Shown in pieces: positions 20,002 to 30,142 of a DNA stretch of 64,000 nt. Both the position numbers and the translations under genes were made by a program. Every line of letters starts with the position of its first letter. The stretch's first letter is position 1. The stretch comes from Candidatus Eiseniibacteriota bacterium. GTDB taxonomy: Bacteria > Eisenbacteria > RBG-16-71-46 > CAVPCR01. The notes under the pieces are model-generated. The model had not been told where the DNA came from. It made no database searches and saw nothing but the letters and a program-made list of their open reading frames with translations. The stretch is taken from positions 1,408,001 to 1,472,000 of the forward strand of contig CAWGMA010000001.1 of the NCBI GenBank assembly GCA_963823555.1, given 5' to 3'.

Positions 20002-21372
20002 TCACGGACTAGCTTTGAGCTCGGCAATTGCCGCCATTACCTGAAGGGTATGAGCGCGCAATGCCTCACGCCAGGCACGACCTTCCCCGGTTTCGGGAGG
20101 CGCAATCGGCATCCCGAAGCGAACAAGAATGGGCGTGCGGCGGAGGAAGGCATCGCCAAGACGCAGGGTCCCCCCGATATAGGCCGGGACAATGGGCACC
20201 CCGGTCTCGGCGGCAAGCAAGGACACCCCAGGGCGCCCCTGACCGAGCTCACCAGTCCGGATCCGCGTACCTTCGGGGAAGAGTAGCAGGCCCAAGCCCT
20301 TGGCGACGACATTCTTTGCCGTCTCCAGGGCTTTTCGATCCAGGGTCTGGCGATCGATCGGAAAGGCCCCGAGGGCCACGATGAGGTGGCTGAGCCCGGC
20401 CTTCCGAAAGAGCTCTCGCTTGGCAAGGTAGGCCAGGCGGCGTGGGCTCGATGCGCCCAGGATCGGCGGATCAACGAAGGAGACGTGGTTGGAGGCGAGG
20501 ATAAATCCTCCCCGGACAGGCAGATGCTCGATTCCCTCAATGTGTAGCCCGAAGAGGAGCCGGGACAGGTTGCGGACGATCCAGCCGCTGGCGGCGTAGA
20601 AGCCGCGGACCGGGGGGGCCTCCCCCTCCCCTCTCCGGGGGGCTGGCGACGGCGTCGCGGAAGGCGCACGCCGCGCCACCTCGGCCAGGACGCGTGCGAC
20701 CTGCTCGTCGATGGTGAGGCCGCTCGTATCCACGACCACCGCGTCCGGGGCGACCCGGAGCGGGCTCTCCACGCGCTCCACATCCCGGCGGTCGCGCTCC
20801 TCGATGAGGCGCCGGATGTCCTCCGTGTCGGTCGGGAGGCGGCTTGCCGCGATCTCCTGTTCCCGCCGCCGGGCGCGGGTGTCGAGGTTCGCATCGAGGA
20901 AGATCTTCACCGTGGCCGTCGGCAGCACCACGGTGCCGATGTCGCGACCCTCCATCACCACGCCTCGGTCGCGGGCGAGGGCGCGCTGGCGGCGGACCAG
21001 ATCGGCCCGCACCGCGCGGAAAGGAGCGATGGTCGACGCCAGGTTGCCGACGCGCTCGTCGCGGATGGCCCTCGTGACATCCTCACCGTCCAGGATCACG
21101 CGCGTTTCGCCCTGGACACCGGGTGCGAGGTCGATCGCCGTCGCCGCGAGGAAGGCAGCGAGCCCCCGTGGGTCGTCGAGGTCGATGGGATCGCGCAGCA
21201 GCTTGAGGGCCAGAGCGCGGTACATGGCGCCCGAGTCGACATAGAGCAGGCTGAGGTGGCGAGCCACGGCGCGAGCCGTGGTCGACTTGCCTGCGGCCGC
21301 GGGGCCGTCGATGGCGATGCTGATCGGGATCGGTGCCTGGTCGGCGACCCCTCCGCATTCCATGGGCGTCAC
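20002..21372 (-). CDS. cmk: cytidylate kinase fused to lysophospholipid acyltransferase (PlsC-like)
   Basis: IAIDGPAAAGKST, DSGAMYR, MEGRDIGTVV. Then NHVSFVDPP, AKREL, FPEGTR in the same frame. Confidence 0.9.
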   Translation of the reverse strand: MTPMECGGVADQAPIPISIAIDGPAAAGKSTTARAVARHLSLLYVDSGAMYRALALKLLRDPIDLDDPRGLAAFLAATAIDLAPGVQGETRVILDGEDVTRAIRDERVGNLASTIAPFRAVRADLVRRQRALARDRGVVMEGRDIGTVVLPTATVKIFLDANLDTRARRREQEIAASRLPTDTEDIRRLIEERDRRDVERVESPLRVAPDAVVVDTSGLTIDEQVARVLAEVARRAPSATPSPAPRRGEGEAPPVRGFYAASGWIVRNLSRLLFGLHIEGIEHLPVRGGFILASNHVSFVDPPILGASSPRRLAYLAKRELFRKAGLSHLIVALGAFPIDRQTLDRKALETAKNVVAKGLGLLLFPEGTRIRTGELGQGRPGVSLLAAETGVPIVPAYIGGTLRLGDAFLRRTPILVRFGMPIAPPETGEGRAWREALRAHTLQVMAAIAELKASP

Positions 21373-22694
21373 CGTCGCGATCTCAGGTTCGAGAGCTGGG
21401 CCGCAAAATCCGGGAACGAGGTCGCGATCCCGCCGGTACCGTGGATATCGAACGGCCCCGCCGCGCCCAATGCCAGGACGGCCAAGGCCATGGCGATGCG
21501 ATGGTCCCCACCGGCGTCGACCGTGGCGCCCTGCGGGCGCAGTCCGCCGTGAACGATGAAGCCCCGGGCCCGCTCCTCGACGCGGACGCCACTTGCGGCG
21601 AGCCCGCGGCAGACGAGACTGATGCGGTCGGATTCCTTGACGCGAAGCTCCGCTGCATCGTCGACCGTCGTCGAGCCGGTGGCGAATGCGGCGGCGACCG
21701 CAAGGACCGGGAGCTCGTCGATCAGGGAAGGGATGCGGGCACCACCGATCTCGATGCCGTGGAGTGAACTGGAGCGCGCCACCACGGTCGCCGTGGGCTC
21801 GATGCCATCCTCAGTGAGACCGCGGACCTCGATCTCGCCCCCCATCTCGATCAGGGCGTCGATCACGCCGCGCCGCGTCGGATTCATCGCCACGCGCTCG
21901 ATCGTGACCTCCGAGTCGGGAAGGATGAGCGCAGCCACCAGGAAGAAGGCCGCGGCCGAGGGATCGCCAGGCACATCGATGGTCGTGGCCTTGAGCGGCG
22001 CACCGCCCTCGACCGTCACGGCGACCTCCGCGCTGCCCTCCTCGATCGCCGGCGGAACCCCGAATGCCCGGAGCATCCGCTCCGTGTGATCACGGCTCCG
22101 GATCGCCTCGCGCACCGTGGTGCGGCCACTGGCCTTCAACGCGGCCAGGAGCAGGGCTGATTTGACCTGGGCGCTCGCCACGGGAAGTCGGTAATCGATC
22201 GCGCGCAGCGCAGCTCCCCGGATCACGAGGGGGGCCCGGCCTTCGGCTCGAGCCAGGATCCGGCCTCCCATGCGCCCGAGGGGCTCGATGATGCGGGCCA
22301 TCGGCCGCCCGCGGAGCGAGGCGTCCCCGGTCAGGACGGCCATTCCGGAGCCCCCGGCCAGGATCCCGGCCAGGAGCCGCATCGTGGTTCCCGAGTTGCC
22401 GCAATCGATCACCTGCTCCGGTTCCGTGATGGCACCGGCCACGCCGTCGATCGTGATGGCATCGGGTGCGCGCCCGACCCGGGCGCCGAGCAGGCTCATG
22501 GCCGCCAGGCTGGCGGTGCAGTCGAGCCCGAGGTTGGCACCGATGACGTGAGTCGTTCCCTGAGCCAGCCCACCCATGAGGAACGCGCGATGCGTGATGG
22601 ACTTGTCACCGGGGACGGTGAACGTGCCGCGGATCTGCCGCGCCGGTTCGATGCGCAGCGCCTCGGGCGGGCGGGCGGGAGTTCCGGTATGCAC
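21369..22694 (-). CDS. aroA: 3-phosphoshikimate 1-carboxyvinyltransferase
   Basis: PGDKSITHR, DCGNSGTTMRL, ASAQVKS, RDHTERML, LRVKESDRI, DHRIAM. Confidence 0.97.
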   Translation of the reverse strand: MHTGTPARPPEALRIEPARQIRGTFTVPGDKSITHRAFLMGGLAQGTTHVIGANLGLDCTASLAAMSLLGARVGRAPDAITIDGVAGAITEPEQVIDCGNSGTTMRLLAGILAGGSGMAVLTGDASLRGRPMARIIEPLGRMGGRILARAEGRAPLVIRGAALRAIDYRLPVASAQVKSALLLAALKASGRTTVREAIRSRDHTERMLRAFGVPPAIEEGSAEVAVTVEGGAPLKATTIDVPGDPSAAAFFLVAALILPDSEVTIERVAMNPTRRGVIDALIEMGGEIEVRGLTEDGIEPTATVVARSSSLHGIEIGGARIPSLIDELPVLAVAAAFATGSTTVDDAAELRVKESDRISLVCRGLAASGVRVEERARGFIVHGGLRPQGATVDAGGDHRIAMALAVLALGAAGPFDIHGTGGIATSFPDFAAQLSNLRSRR

Positions 22695-22696
22695 TG

Positions 22697-23821
22697 CTAC
22701 GTATGCGCCAGCGCAGCGGTGAGCCCGGCGATCAAGCGCTCGTTCTCCGGGCGGATGCCCACCGTGATGCGCACGAATTCCGGCGGCAGCCGGAAGGGAC
22801 CCATGGGACGAATGATGACGCCGCGTCTTTCGAGCTCGGCGGCCACCGGTGAGGCAGGAACGGGCAACCGAACCAGGAGGAAGTTGGCCACGCTCTCGAT
22901 CACCTCGATGCCGAGAGGTGCGAACTCGTCCTTCAAGAAGGCCATCCCATCACGGTTGACGCGGATTGAACGCTCGATCTGGCCCGAGTCGTCGAGACTG
23001 GCAAGAGCTGCCACCTGTGCCGGGGTGGTGACGTTGAAGGGCATGCGCACGCGGTTGAGAAGGCCGGCGGTCTCCGGCTGCGTGATCGTGTAACCGATGC
23101 GCAGGGCCGCCAGCGAGTAGATCTTCGAGAACGTGCGGAGAACGGCGATGTGACGGCCGGCGCGCAGATAGTCGAGCGAACGCGGATAGTCATCCCGGGT
23201 GACGTATTCGTGATAGGCCTCGTCGAAGACGACCAGCACCTCGGGCGGTACCTTCTCCATGAAGCGCTCGACTTCCGCCCGCGACACCATGGTCCCGGTC
23301 GGGTTGTTCGGGTTGCAGACGAAGACCATGCGAGTGCGCGGGCCAATGGCGGCGGCCATCGCGTCGAGATCGTGGATGAAATCCCGGCACGGGACCTGGA
23401 CCGGCTTGCCCCCGGTCACCCGAACCGCGGGCAGGTACATGGGGAAGGTGGGATCCGCCATCACGGCCTCGTCACCGGACCCGACGAAGACGTGAGCCAA
23501 GAGCTCGATCAGCTCATTGGATCCCGAGCCCACGACGATCTGGTTCAGGTCCACGCCATGGATGTCGGCGAGGCGGGTCCTGAGCTCGTACGACGTACCC
23601 TCGGGGTACCGGTTCAGCTCGCCGAGCGCAGCGAGAATGGCCTCCCGCGCCCGCGGTGACGGACCGAGGGGGTTCTCGTTGGAGGCGAGCTTGATGGCGT
23701 CGCGCACGCCGAGCTCTCGTTCCAGAACGGAGAGCGGCTTGCCTGGGATATAGGGCGCGAGGTCGAGCACCTCGCGTCGGGGGACGATGATGGAATTCCC
23801 GGCCTCAGTCTTCGCGCTCAC
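22697..23821 (-). CDS. hisC: histidinol-phosphate/aromatic aminotransferase
   Basis: YIPGKP, KLASNENPLGPS, NPNNPTG, DEAY, RTFSKIYSLAALRIGY. Confidence 0.93.
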   Translation of the reverse strand: MSAKTEAGNSIIVPRREVLDLAPYIPGKPLSVLERELGVRDAIKLASNENPLGPSPRAREAILAALGELNRYPEGTSYELRTRLADIHGVDLNQIVVGSGSNELIELLAHVFVGSGDEAVMADPTFPMYLPAVRVTGGKPVQVPCRDFIHDLDAMAAAIGPRTRMVFVCNPNNPTGTMVSRAEVERFMEKVPPEVLVVFDEAYHEYVTRDDYPRSLDYLRAGRHIAVLRTFSKIYSLAALRIGYTITQPETAGLLNRVRMPFNVTTPAQVAALASLDDSGQIERSIRVNRDGMAFLKDEFAPLGIEVIESVANFLLVRLPVPASPVAAELERRGVIIRPMGPFRLPPEFVRITVGIRPENERLIAGLTAALAHT

Positions 23822-23891
23822 CTGGTGACCACTCCGCGGGGATCGGTTGTGGGTGCCTCACGCGCCGGTTCGGCGCGCAGGTCCCGGCCGG

Positions 23892-23920
23892 ATGGTAGTG
23901 AAGACGCCGCCCGTTGCCAA
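23892..23920 (-). promoter_or_regulatory. putative sigma70 promoter for hisC-aroA-cmk
   Basis: TTGGCA-N17-TACCAT in the rluB-hisC gap. Confidence 0.45.
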
Positions 23921-23927
23921 GCCGCGC

Positions 23928-24827
23928 CTAGGCGGACTCTCCGGGGGCGGCTCCCGGCTCCCCCCCGGCCGGTGGAGGAGCCATGACGCGGCGCCGATGG
24001 GGCAGGCCGGCGGCCGCTTCCAGCGCCTTGACCTCTTCAGGCGCCAGCTCGCGCATGGTCCCCGGAGCGAGGGATCCCAGCTCGATCGGGCCGAAGCGGG
24101 TCCGCACGAGGCGAGTCACCTTGATGCCGAGGGCCTCGCACATGCGGCGGATCTGCCGCTTCTTGCCCTCGCGGATCTCGATCTCGAGCGTGCCATCGGA
24201 GCCGGCCTCGACGCGGGCCGGGCGCGTGGCGACACCGGGCTCGATCTCCACACCGGCCCTGAGCTGCTCGACGTCGGAAGCGCGAGCCACGGGCGCGGTC
24301 CAGACCCGATAGCACTTGGCGACATGGTAGCGCGGGTGCAAGAGGCGATGGGCGAGCGTACCGTCGTTGGTGAGGAGGAGGATCCCCTCGGAGTCGAAGT
24401 CGAGACGCCCCACGGGGAAGAGGCGAGCTTGCCAGCGAGTCTCAGGAAGCAGATCGATGACGGTGGGGCGACCCTGGGGATCGCGGACCGTGGTCATCAC
24501 GCCGCGCGGTTTGTGCAGGATCACGTAGCGCGGAATCTCGAGGGCGCCGACCGCCATCCCATCGACCGCCACATGGTCCCGTCCCGGCAGGACCAGCGTA
24601 CCGAGTTCGGATACCCGCGCTCCGTTGACCGTGACGCGGCCCGCTTCGATCAGGCGGTCGGCGCTTCGGCGGGAAGCAATGCCGGCCTGGGCCAGGAAAC
24701 GATTGAGTCGGATGCGGCGGATCTCGGCGAGCAGGTCGGGAGGACCCGACCCGGCGCGGGCGGCGCGAACCGATCGCGTTTCCCTCGGTGGTTCAGTCGA
24801 GTCGCTCGAGCTCGATGGCGGCGTCAT
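23928..24827 (-). CDS. rluB: rRNA pseudouridine synthase (RluB/RsuA family)
   Basis: S4 domain RLNRFLAQAGIASRR, HKPRG, VGRLDFDSEG, EGKKRQIRRM. Confidence 0.9.
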   Translation of the reverse strand: MTPPSSSSDSTEPPRETRSVRAARAGSGPPDLLAEIRRIRLNRFLAQAGIASRRSADRLIEAGRVTVNGARVSELGTLVLPGRDHVAVDGMAVGALEIPRYVILHKPRGVMTTVRDPQGRPTVIDLLPETRWQARLFPVGRLDFDSEGILLLTNDGTLAHRLLHPRYHVAKCYRVWTAPVARASDVEQLRAGVEIEPGVATRPARVEAGSDGTLEIEIREGKKRQIRRMCEALGIKVTRLVRTRFGPIELGSLAPGTMRELAPEEVKALEAAAGLPHRRRVMAPPPAGGEPGAAPGESA

Positions 24828-25689
24828 CCATTTCTTCCTGATCGTCAGGAGCCAGTGACACCCCGGCAGGCCGAGGGTCTGTCATCGAGCTCTCTCGGCC
24901 ACCCGCGTTGGCCGGGACTCGGTAGAGACCGGGACCTGCCGTCACCTCCGTCCGCTCGTCGTCCTCGAGCCCGTCCAGCGGTTCTTCCAGATCAGGATCC
25001 GTGGTCTCGGCGAGCTGGCTCTCGATCGGGGCCGGAGGCGCCGTCGCGAGAGCATCGGTGCCCGTCCCCTCCCCGGGCGGGGACTCGATGTCCTCGAGCC
25101 CGAGCAGCTCCTCGGGCAACTCCTCCCGCTCCTTGAGCAGGGACTCGATCTCGTCGAGACGGGGCAGGTCCTCCAGCCGGTCGAGGCCGAAGTACTCGAG
25201 GAACTCACCCGTCGTGGCGTAGAGGAGCGGCCTTCCGATACCGCGCGAGCGCCCGCGCACGGTGATGAGGTTGCGTTCGAGCAGGGTGTGGAGCACCGCG
25301 CCGGAGTCGACCCCGCGGATCTCCTCCATCTCGCTGCGCGTGACGGGTTGGCGATAAGCGATGATGGCGAGGGTCTCGACGGCTGCTCGCGATAGCCTCG
25401 CCTTCCGACTCCCCCGCTGGAAACGGACGACCCAGCTGGCATACATCTCCCGGGTGCAGATCTGGTAGCCCCCGGCGATGCGCAGGATCTCGAAGGCATG
25501 GCCAGCCTGCTGATAGTCGCGACCCAGGGCATCCAGGGCCTCGCGGATCGCATCGGCGTTCTCGGCGGGCAACGCCTCGCCCAGCATATCGATCGTCACC
25601 GGACCATCGTGGGCGAAGAGGATGGCCTCGAGGACCCGCTTGAGCTGCTCGGTATCGAGGGGAGTCTCGGTGCGGGAGATGGGACTCAT
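24793..25689 (-). CDS. scpB: SMC-Scp complex subunit ScpB
   Basis: LEAILFA, LSRAAVETLAIIAYRQPVTR, GRPLLYATT..FL..FGL..L.DLP. Confidence 0.95.
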   Translation of the reverse strand: MSPISRTETPLDTEQLKRVLEAILFAHDGPVTIDMLGEALPAENADAIREALDALGRDYQQAGHAFEILRIAGGYQICTREMYASWVVRFQRGSRKARLSRAAVETLAIIAYRQPVTRSEMEEIRGVDSGAVLHTLLERNLITVRGRSRGIGRPLLYATTGEFLEYFGLDRLEDLPRLDEIESLLKEREELPEELLGLEDIESPPGEGTGTDALATAPPAPIESQLAETTDPDLEEPLDGLEDDERTEVTAGPGLYRVPANAGGRESSMTDPRPAGVSLAPDDQEEMDDAAIELERLD

Positions 25690-26645
25690 GGCTGGCCCTC
25701 CGGGTACGGGGTCAGGATCTCGTCTTCCTCGGCCCGAGCGGAATCGCTCTCCTCCGCTTCCATCAGAAGAGCGGGCTCGTCCTCCTCGATCTCCATCGTC
25801 GGGTCGGTGGTTTCGATCCCGGTTTCCTCCTCGGTCTCGCCCTCGCTGCGAGCCGGGGGTGCGGCCGGGTCGGCTGCAACCGGTGAGCCGCCGCCTTCGG
25901 CCAGTCGCTCCCGGGCGAAGAGCCAGATCTCCCCGAACTCCTCATACTGTCGCGCCGAGACCTCGCCGAGCCGGATCAGCTCGAGGAGCGCCATGAACGT
26001 GGCGATGATCTCGATCCGGGTGTGGCAGCGCTCCACGACCTCGATGAAGCGTACCTGGCCCCAGCCCTGGCCCAGAGCGGTGCGGATCTCGACCATCTTC
26101 TCTTCCATCGTGACGGGCGGCAGCACGACCTCGTGCACCGCCTCGCCGCCGCGGCGAGAGAGAGCCTCGCGCATGGCATCGATGAGCTGGAAGAGGGAGA
26201 TGGGCTTGAGCGGGAGCGGCTCGCTGGACTCCACCCGGGGCAGAAAGCCCTTGCTGCGGCTGCGTGCGCGCCGCTCCTCCTGCTCGCGCAGGGTGAGTGA
26301 AACCTCCTTGAACTTGCGGTACTCGAGGAGGCGCTGGACGAGTTCGGCACGTGGATCCCCGCCCTCCTCCGGGGTTTCGAGTGGACTTGGCGGCAGGAGG
26401 AGGCGCGCCTTGATCCGCATCAAGGAGGCGGCCATGACCAGGAAATCCCCGGCGACCTCGAGGTCGAGGAGCTGCATGGCCTGGATCATGTCCAGATACT
26501 GGCGCGTGATACGTGCGATGGGGATATCGTAGATATCGATCTCATCGCGCTTGATGAGATGGAGAAGCAGGTCGAGCGGGCCCTCGAACGAGGCGAGCTT
26601 GAAGCGCAGGGCTTCACGGCTGGTGGCGCGGAGGTCGATCGTCAT
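25686..26645 (-). CDS. scpA: segregation/condensation protein A (kleisin)
   Basis: [38 protein letters not shown]. Confidence 0.95.
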   Translation of the reverse strand: MTIDLRATSREALRFKLASFEGPLDLLLHLIKRDEIDIYDIPIARITRQYLDMIQAMQLLDLEVAGDFLVMAASLMRIKARLLLPPSPLETPEEGGDPRAELVQRLLEYRKFKEVSLTLREQEERRARSRSKGFLPRVESSEPLPLKPISLFQLIDAMREALSRRGGEAVHEVVLPPVTMEEKMVEIRTALGQGWGQVRFIEVVERCHTRIEIIATFMALLELIRLGEVSARQYEEFGEIWLFARERLAEGGGSPVAADPAAPPARSEGETEEETGIETTDPTMEIEEDEPALLMEAEESDSARAEEDEILTPYPEGQP

Positions 26646-26737
26646 CGGCCGCCCATCCTAGCCGCGCGTCTCGAGCCGGCGCAAGTCAAGAGTCGAGGTG
26701 GACGCATTCCGGGAACGGAACCTTGGACCCGAGCCGT

Positions 26738-27382
26738 TCACAGGAGCCCCCCGCTCATCCAGTGCCGCAGCGTGAGCACGATGGGCATCATGACGGTGCC
26801 GATCACGCTCACGCCGATCACACGCCCGGACACGAGGACCAGGAGGAGGAGAATCGGCCCCAGCGCGTCGAGACGGGCGAGCCGGGCCGCACCGGCCGGG
26901 GAGAGGAGCCCCTTGACCACGCGCGAGCCATCCAGCGGATGGAGTGGGAGCAGGTTGAACACGGCCAGGGCCAGGTTCAGGTGGATTCCGATGGCGAGGA
27001 GGTTCAACGCGGGATCCGCCGCCGGGCCGAGCAGGGCAAGGAGCTCCGGGGTCGCCGCCACGAACTGCATGAGGAGCCCGGACGCGAGCGCTGTCAGGAA
27101 GTTGGCTCCTGGGCCCGCAGCGGCGATCCACAGCCCGTCTCGATGCGGATTGGCGAGATTCCCCTCGTTGACCGGGACCGGTCGGGCCCAACCGAAGCCG
27201 GCGACGACGACCATGAGCGTGCCCACGGGGTCGAGGTGGCGGAGCGGATTGAGCGTGACGCGGCCGAGATCGCGGGCGGTCGGGTCGCCGAGCTTCATGG
27301 CGACCCAGGCATGCGACATCTCATGGAACGAGAGCGCGAACAGCATGACTGGGATCAGATAGATGAGGTAGCCCGGGTCCAT
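26738..27382 (-). CDS. site-2 protease family (M50) membrane metalloprotease
   Basis: [36 protein letters not shown]. Confidence 0.92.
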   Translation of the reverse strand: MDPGYLIYLIPVMLFALSFHEMSHAWVAMKLGDPTARDLGRVTLNPLRHLDPVGTLMVVVAGFGWARPVPVNEGNLANPHRDGLWIAAAGPGANFLTALASGLLMQFVAATPELLALLGPAADPALNLLAIGIHLNLALAVFNLLPLHPLDGSRVVKGLLSPAGAARLARLDALGPILLLLVLVSGRVIGVSVIGTVMMPIVLTLRHWMSGGLL

Positions 27383-27384
27383 CG

Positions 27385-28713
27385 CTAGGACACCTCCGCG
27401 CCGGGCGGAGCCTGGTCGGACTCCGCTCCCGTGCTGGGCAGGACAATGGTCACCGAGGGTCGATCGAGCCAGGACTGGGCGGCCCGTTGCACCGTTGCCA
27501 CCGTGACCCGGTCGAGAGCCTCGAGAAAGCGGTCGCCGAAGTCGAAACCCAGGCCGAGAAGCTCATTCAGGCCATAGGCGGCAGCGCGATGGGCATTGCG
27601 CTCGAGGGCCATGAGCTGACTGCCACAGAGGAAGTTGCGTGTCCGGACGAGTTCTTCCTCGGTGGGTCCCTCGTCGCGAAGGCGCGCGACCTCGGCGAGC
27701 AGCGCCGATTGGGCCCCCTCGACCTGTCCGCCGCGGGTGCCCATGTAGGCTGCGATGAATGCCGGTCCCATGTACCCGGCATAGAGAGCCCCGATCTCGT
27801 AGGCCAGCGCGCGCTTGTCACGGAGTTCGGTGAAGAGCCGCGAATCCATGGCCCCGCCGAGCACCGTGGCGAAGACGGCCATGGCCGCCGCATCGGGGTG
27901 GCCAAGAGGGGGTGCCGGGAAGCCGGCGACGATCTTCGCCGTTCTGACATCGCGATGTTCGAGCCGCTCGGATCCCCGCTCGAATTCGGCCGGGGACCCC
28001 GGCGGCGGCGGGGGGAATTCCCGCCGCAAGGAGGCCAGGCCTTGGTCGAGCCGGGCGGCGACGCGGTCGAGATCCATGCGCCCGACGACGGCCGCCACCA
28101 TGTTGGGAGCCGTGACCATGCGTTCGTAGAAGCCGACGACATCGCTCCGGCGGAGCTGCTTGATGGTGTTCTCGTACCCGTTGGTCGGTCTGTGATAGGG
28201 ATGCGACCCGTAGAAGAGCTCGTGGAAGAGATCGAAGGCGAGGCCGAGCAGCTGGTCCTTGCGCGCCCGGATGCGAGCGAGGGCCGACTGGCGTTCGGTC
28301 TCGAATTCGGCTTCCGGAAAGGTGGGCTGGGTGACGGCCTCGATGAGCAGATCGAGGCATGGGTCGAAGACTTCACGGGCACAGAGGAGGGAGATCGTGG
28401 CCGCTTCCTTGTTGCTGCTCGTCGTCAACCGTCCCCCAAGGGACTCGAGATCCGTGGCCAGGCGCGCGGCGCTCCGGCGCTCGGTGCCCTTCAATAGCAG
28501 GCGGGTGACGAGGCTCGAGATCCCCGCTTCGCTATCACGCTCCTCGGCGCTCCCCATGCGTACGTGAAGCTTGATGGCGACGAGGTCGTTCTCCACATCG
28601 TCGCGACCGACGAGCGTGATTCCGGCGGGCAGGAGCCGGCGTTCGACGCCGAGTGCGTCCTCCACCCGCGGTACGCGCCCGGGAGGACCCAGGGTCGGGA
28701 GGGGGCCGGTCAT
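27385..28713 (-). CDS. M16B peptidase, non-catalytic subunit
   Basis: M16 fold (LLKGT.RRS, SRLFTELRDKRALAY) without HxxEH. Start overlaps the partner's stop. Confidence 0.88.
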   Translation of the reverse strand: MTGPLPTLGPPGRVPRVEDALGVERRLLPAGITLVGRDDVENDLVAIKLHVRMGSAEERDSEAGISSLVTRLLLKGTERRSAARLATDLESLGGRLTTSSNKEAATISLLCAREVFDPCLDLLIEAVTQPTFPEAEFETERQSALARIRARKDQLLGLAFDLFHELFYGSHPYHRPTNGYENTIKQLRRSDVVGFYERMVTAPNMVAAVVGRMDLDRVAARLDQGLASLRREFPPPPPGSPAEFERGSERLEHRDVRTAKIVAGFPAPPLGHPDAAAMAVFATVLGGAMDSRLFTELRDKRALAYEIGALYAGYMGPAFIAAYMGTRGGQVEGAQSALLAEVARLRDEGPTEEELVRTRNFLCGSQLMALERNAHRAAAYGLNELLGLGFDFGDRFLEALDRVTVATVQRAAQSWLDRPSVTIVLPSTGAESDQAPPGAEVS

Positions 28714-30050
28714 CAACCGATTCTCCGCAGGGTGTCCGCCTCCACCGCCGCCGGGCGCTGGATGCGAAGGGGGCTGTCCGCGGGAGCGATGACCACCACG
28801 ACGGCGTGATCGAGCGAGAGCCAGTGGCGAGCGGCCTCGCGCAACGCCTCCGCGGACACTCGCTCGAGTGAAGGGACGTATTCGAGAGCATCTTCGGCCG
28901 CCCGGGCGACATGGAACTGGCCGAGCGTGGCGCTGACATCGCCCGGCGTCTCGGTTGCGAAGCGAAAGTCCGCGATCGCCACGGTCCGCGCGCGGTCGAG
29001 CTCTTCCTGGCTCACCAGCTCGCGCCCGAGCCGGGCGATCGCCGTCTCGATCTCGCCCCGGACCTGACCCTCGCGATCCGGCTCGCAACCGGCGCTGACA
29101 ACCAGCATGCCGCCTGCACTCAGATCCCAGGTCCAGGCCGAGATCGCCGTGACGATGCCGAGCTCTTCGCGGAGGCGCTGGACCAGGCGCGAGCTGCGGC
29201 CGCGTCCGAGCACGGCGGCAGCCATCTCGAGCGCGTAGGATTCCTCGAGCGCGGCGAGTCCGGGGGTGCGAAACCCGATCATGAGATAGGTGTGGCGGAC
29301 ATCCCGGCCGATGCGTCGTTCGCGGCGCGGGAGCGGGGTCCAGGAGCTCGCCGAAACCGCGTTCAACGGTCCATCCCCGACCTCGCCCAGGGCCCGACTC
29401 GCGCGCTTCACCACGTCATCCCGGGACACGCGTCCGGTCACGACCAGACAGAGATTGGGCGCCGTGTAACGCTGGCGCAGGTAGTTCACGAAGGCCTGTT
29501 GATCGATCCGCTCGAGCGAGTCGCGCGCGCCCAGGATGGGGTGCGCATAGGGTGTGCCGTTGCCGATCTCGGCCTGGAATTCGACGAACAGCTTGCCTTG
29601 CGGCGTGTCGTCCTTGCGGCTGATCTCCTCGAGGATGACCTCGCGCTCACGCTCGATCTCGGCTGGATCGAAGCGGGAGTGGAGGAGAGCATCGGCGAGC
29701 ACGTCGAGTGCCAGCGGGTAGTTCTCGGCAGGGACGCTGGCGAAGTAGTTCGTGTATTCGACCGACGTGGCAGCATTGTTGTGTCCGCCAAGACCCTTGA
29801 TCACTCGGTCCATATCGCCCGGACCGTAGAGCGTGGTCCCCTTGAAGTACATATGCTCGAGGAAGTGCGAGATCCCGGCGAGCTCCGCCGGTTCATGCGC
29901 GGACCCCGTGCGGCACCAGATGGCGACGTTGGCCGTGGACGAGTGGGGCATCTCGCGCACGAGCAGCGTGAGCCCATTCCCGAGGCGGGTGCGATGGAAG
30001 GGGGAAAGGCTCGACGGGCGGTCACCGCCGATGGTCTCGAACAGGGTCAT
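28713..30050 (-). CDS. M16B peptidase, catalytic subunit
   Basis: GISHFLEHMYFKGT inverted zinc motif, EREVILEE, SSRLVQRLREE. Confidence 0.92.
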   Translation of the reverse strand: MTLFETIGGDRPSSLSPFHRTRLGNGLTLLVREMPHSSTANVAIWCRTGSAHEPAELAGISHFLEHMYFKGTTLYGPGDMDRVIKGLGGHNNAATSVEYTNYFASVPAENYPLALDVLADALLHSRFDPAEIEREREVILEEISRKDDTPQGKLFVEFQAEIGNGTPYAHPILGARDSLERIDQQAFVNYLRQRYTAPNLCLVVTGRVSRDDVVKRASRALGEVGDGPLNAVSASSWTPLPRRERRIGRDVRHTYLMIGFRTPGLAALEESYALEMAAAVLGRGRSSRLVQRLREELGIVTAISAWTWDLSAGGMLVVSAGCEPDREGQVRGEIETAIARLGRELVSQEELDRARTVAIADFRFATETPGDVSATLGQFHVARAAEDALEYVPSLERVSAEALREAARHWLSLDHAVVVVIAPADSPLRIQRPAAVEADTLRRIG

Positions 30051-30094
30051 GGTCCTCGGGGGGGCGGGAGTGCCGTGTGTCCAAACGTGCGCGG

Positions 30095-30123
30095 AGCCTA
30101 CCCGACCAGGTGCACCGATGCAA
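30095..30123 (-). promoter_or_regulatory. putative sigma70 promoter for the M16 genes
   Basis: TTGCAT-N17-TAGGCT. Confidence 0.4.
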
Positions 30124-30142
30124 GGCGAGGAGTATCTCCCGG

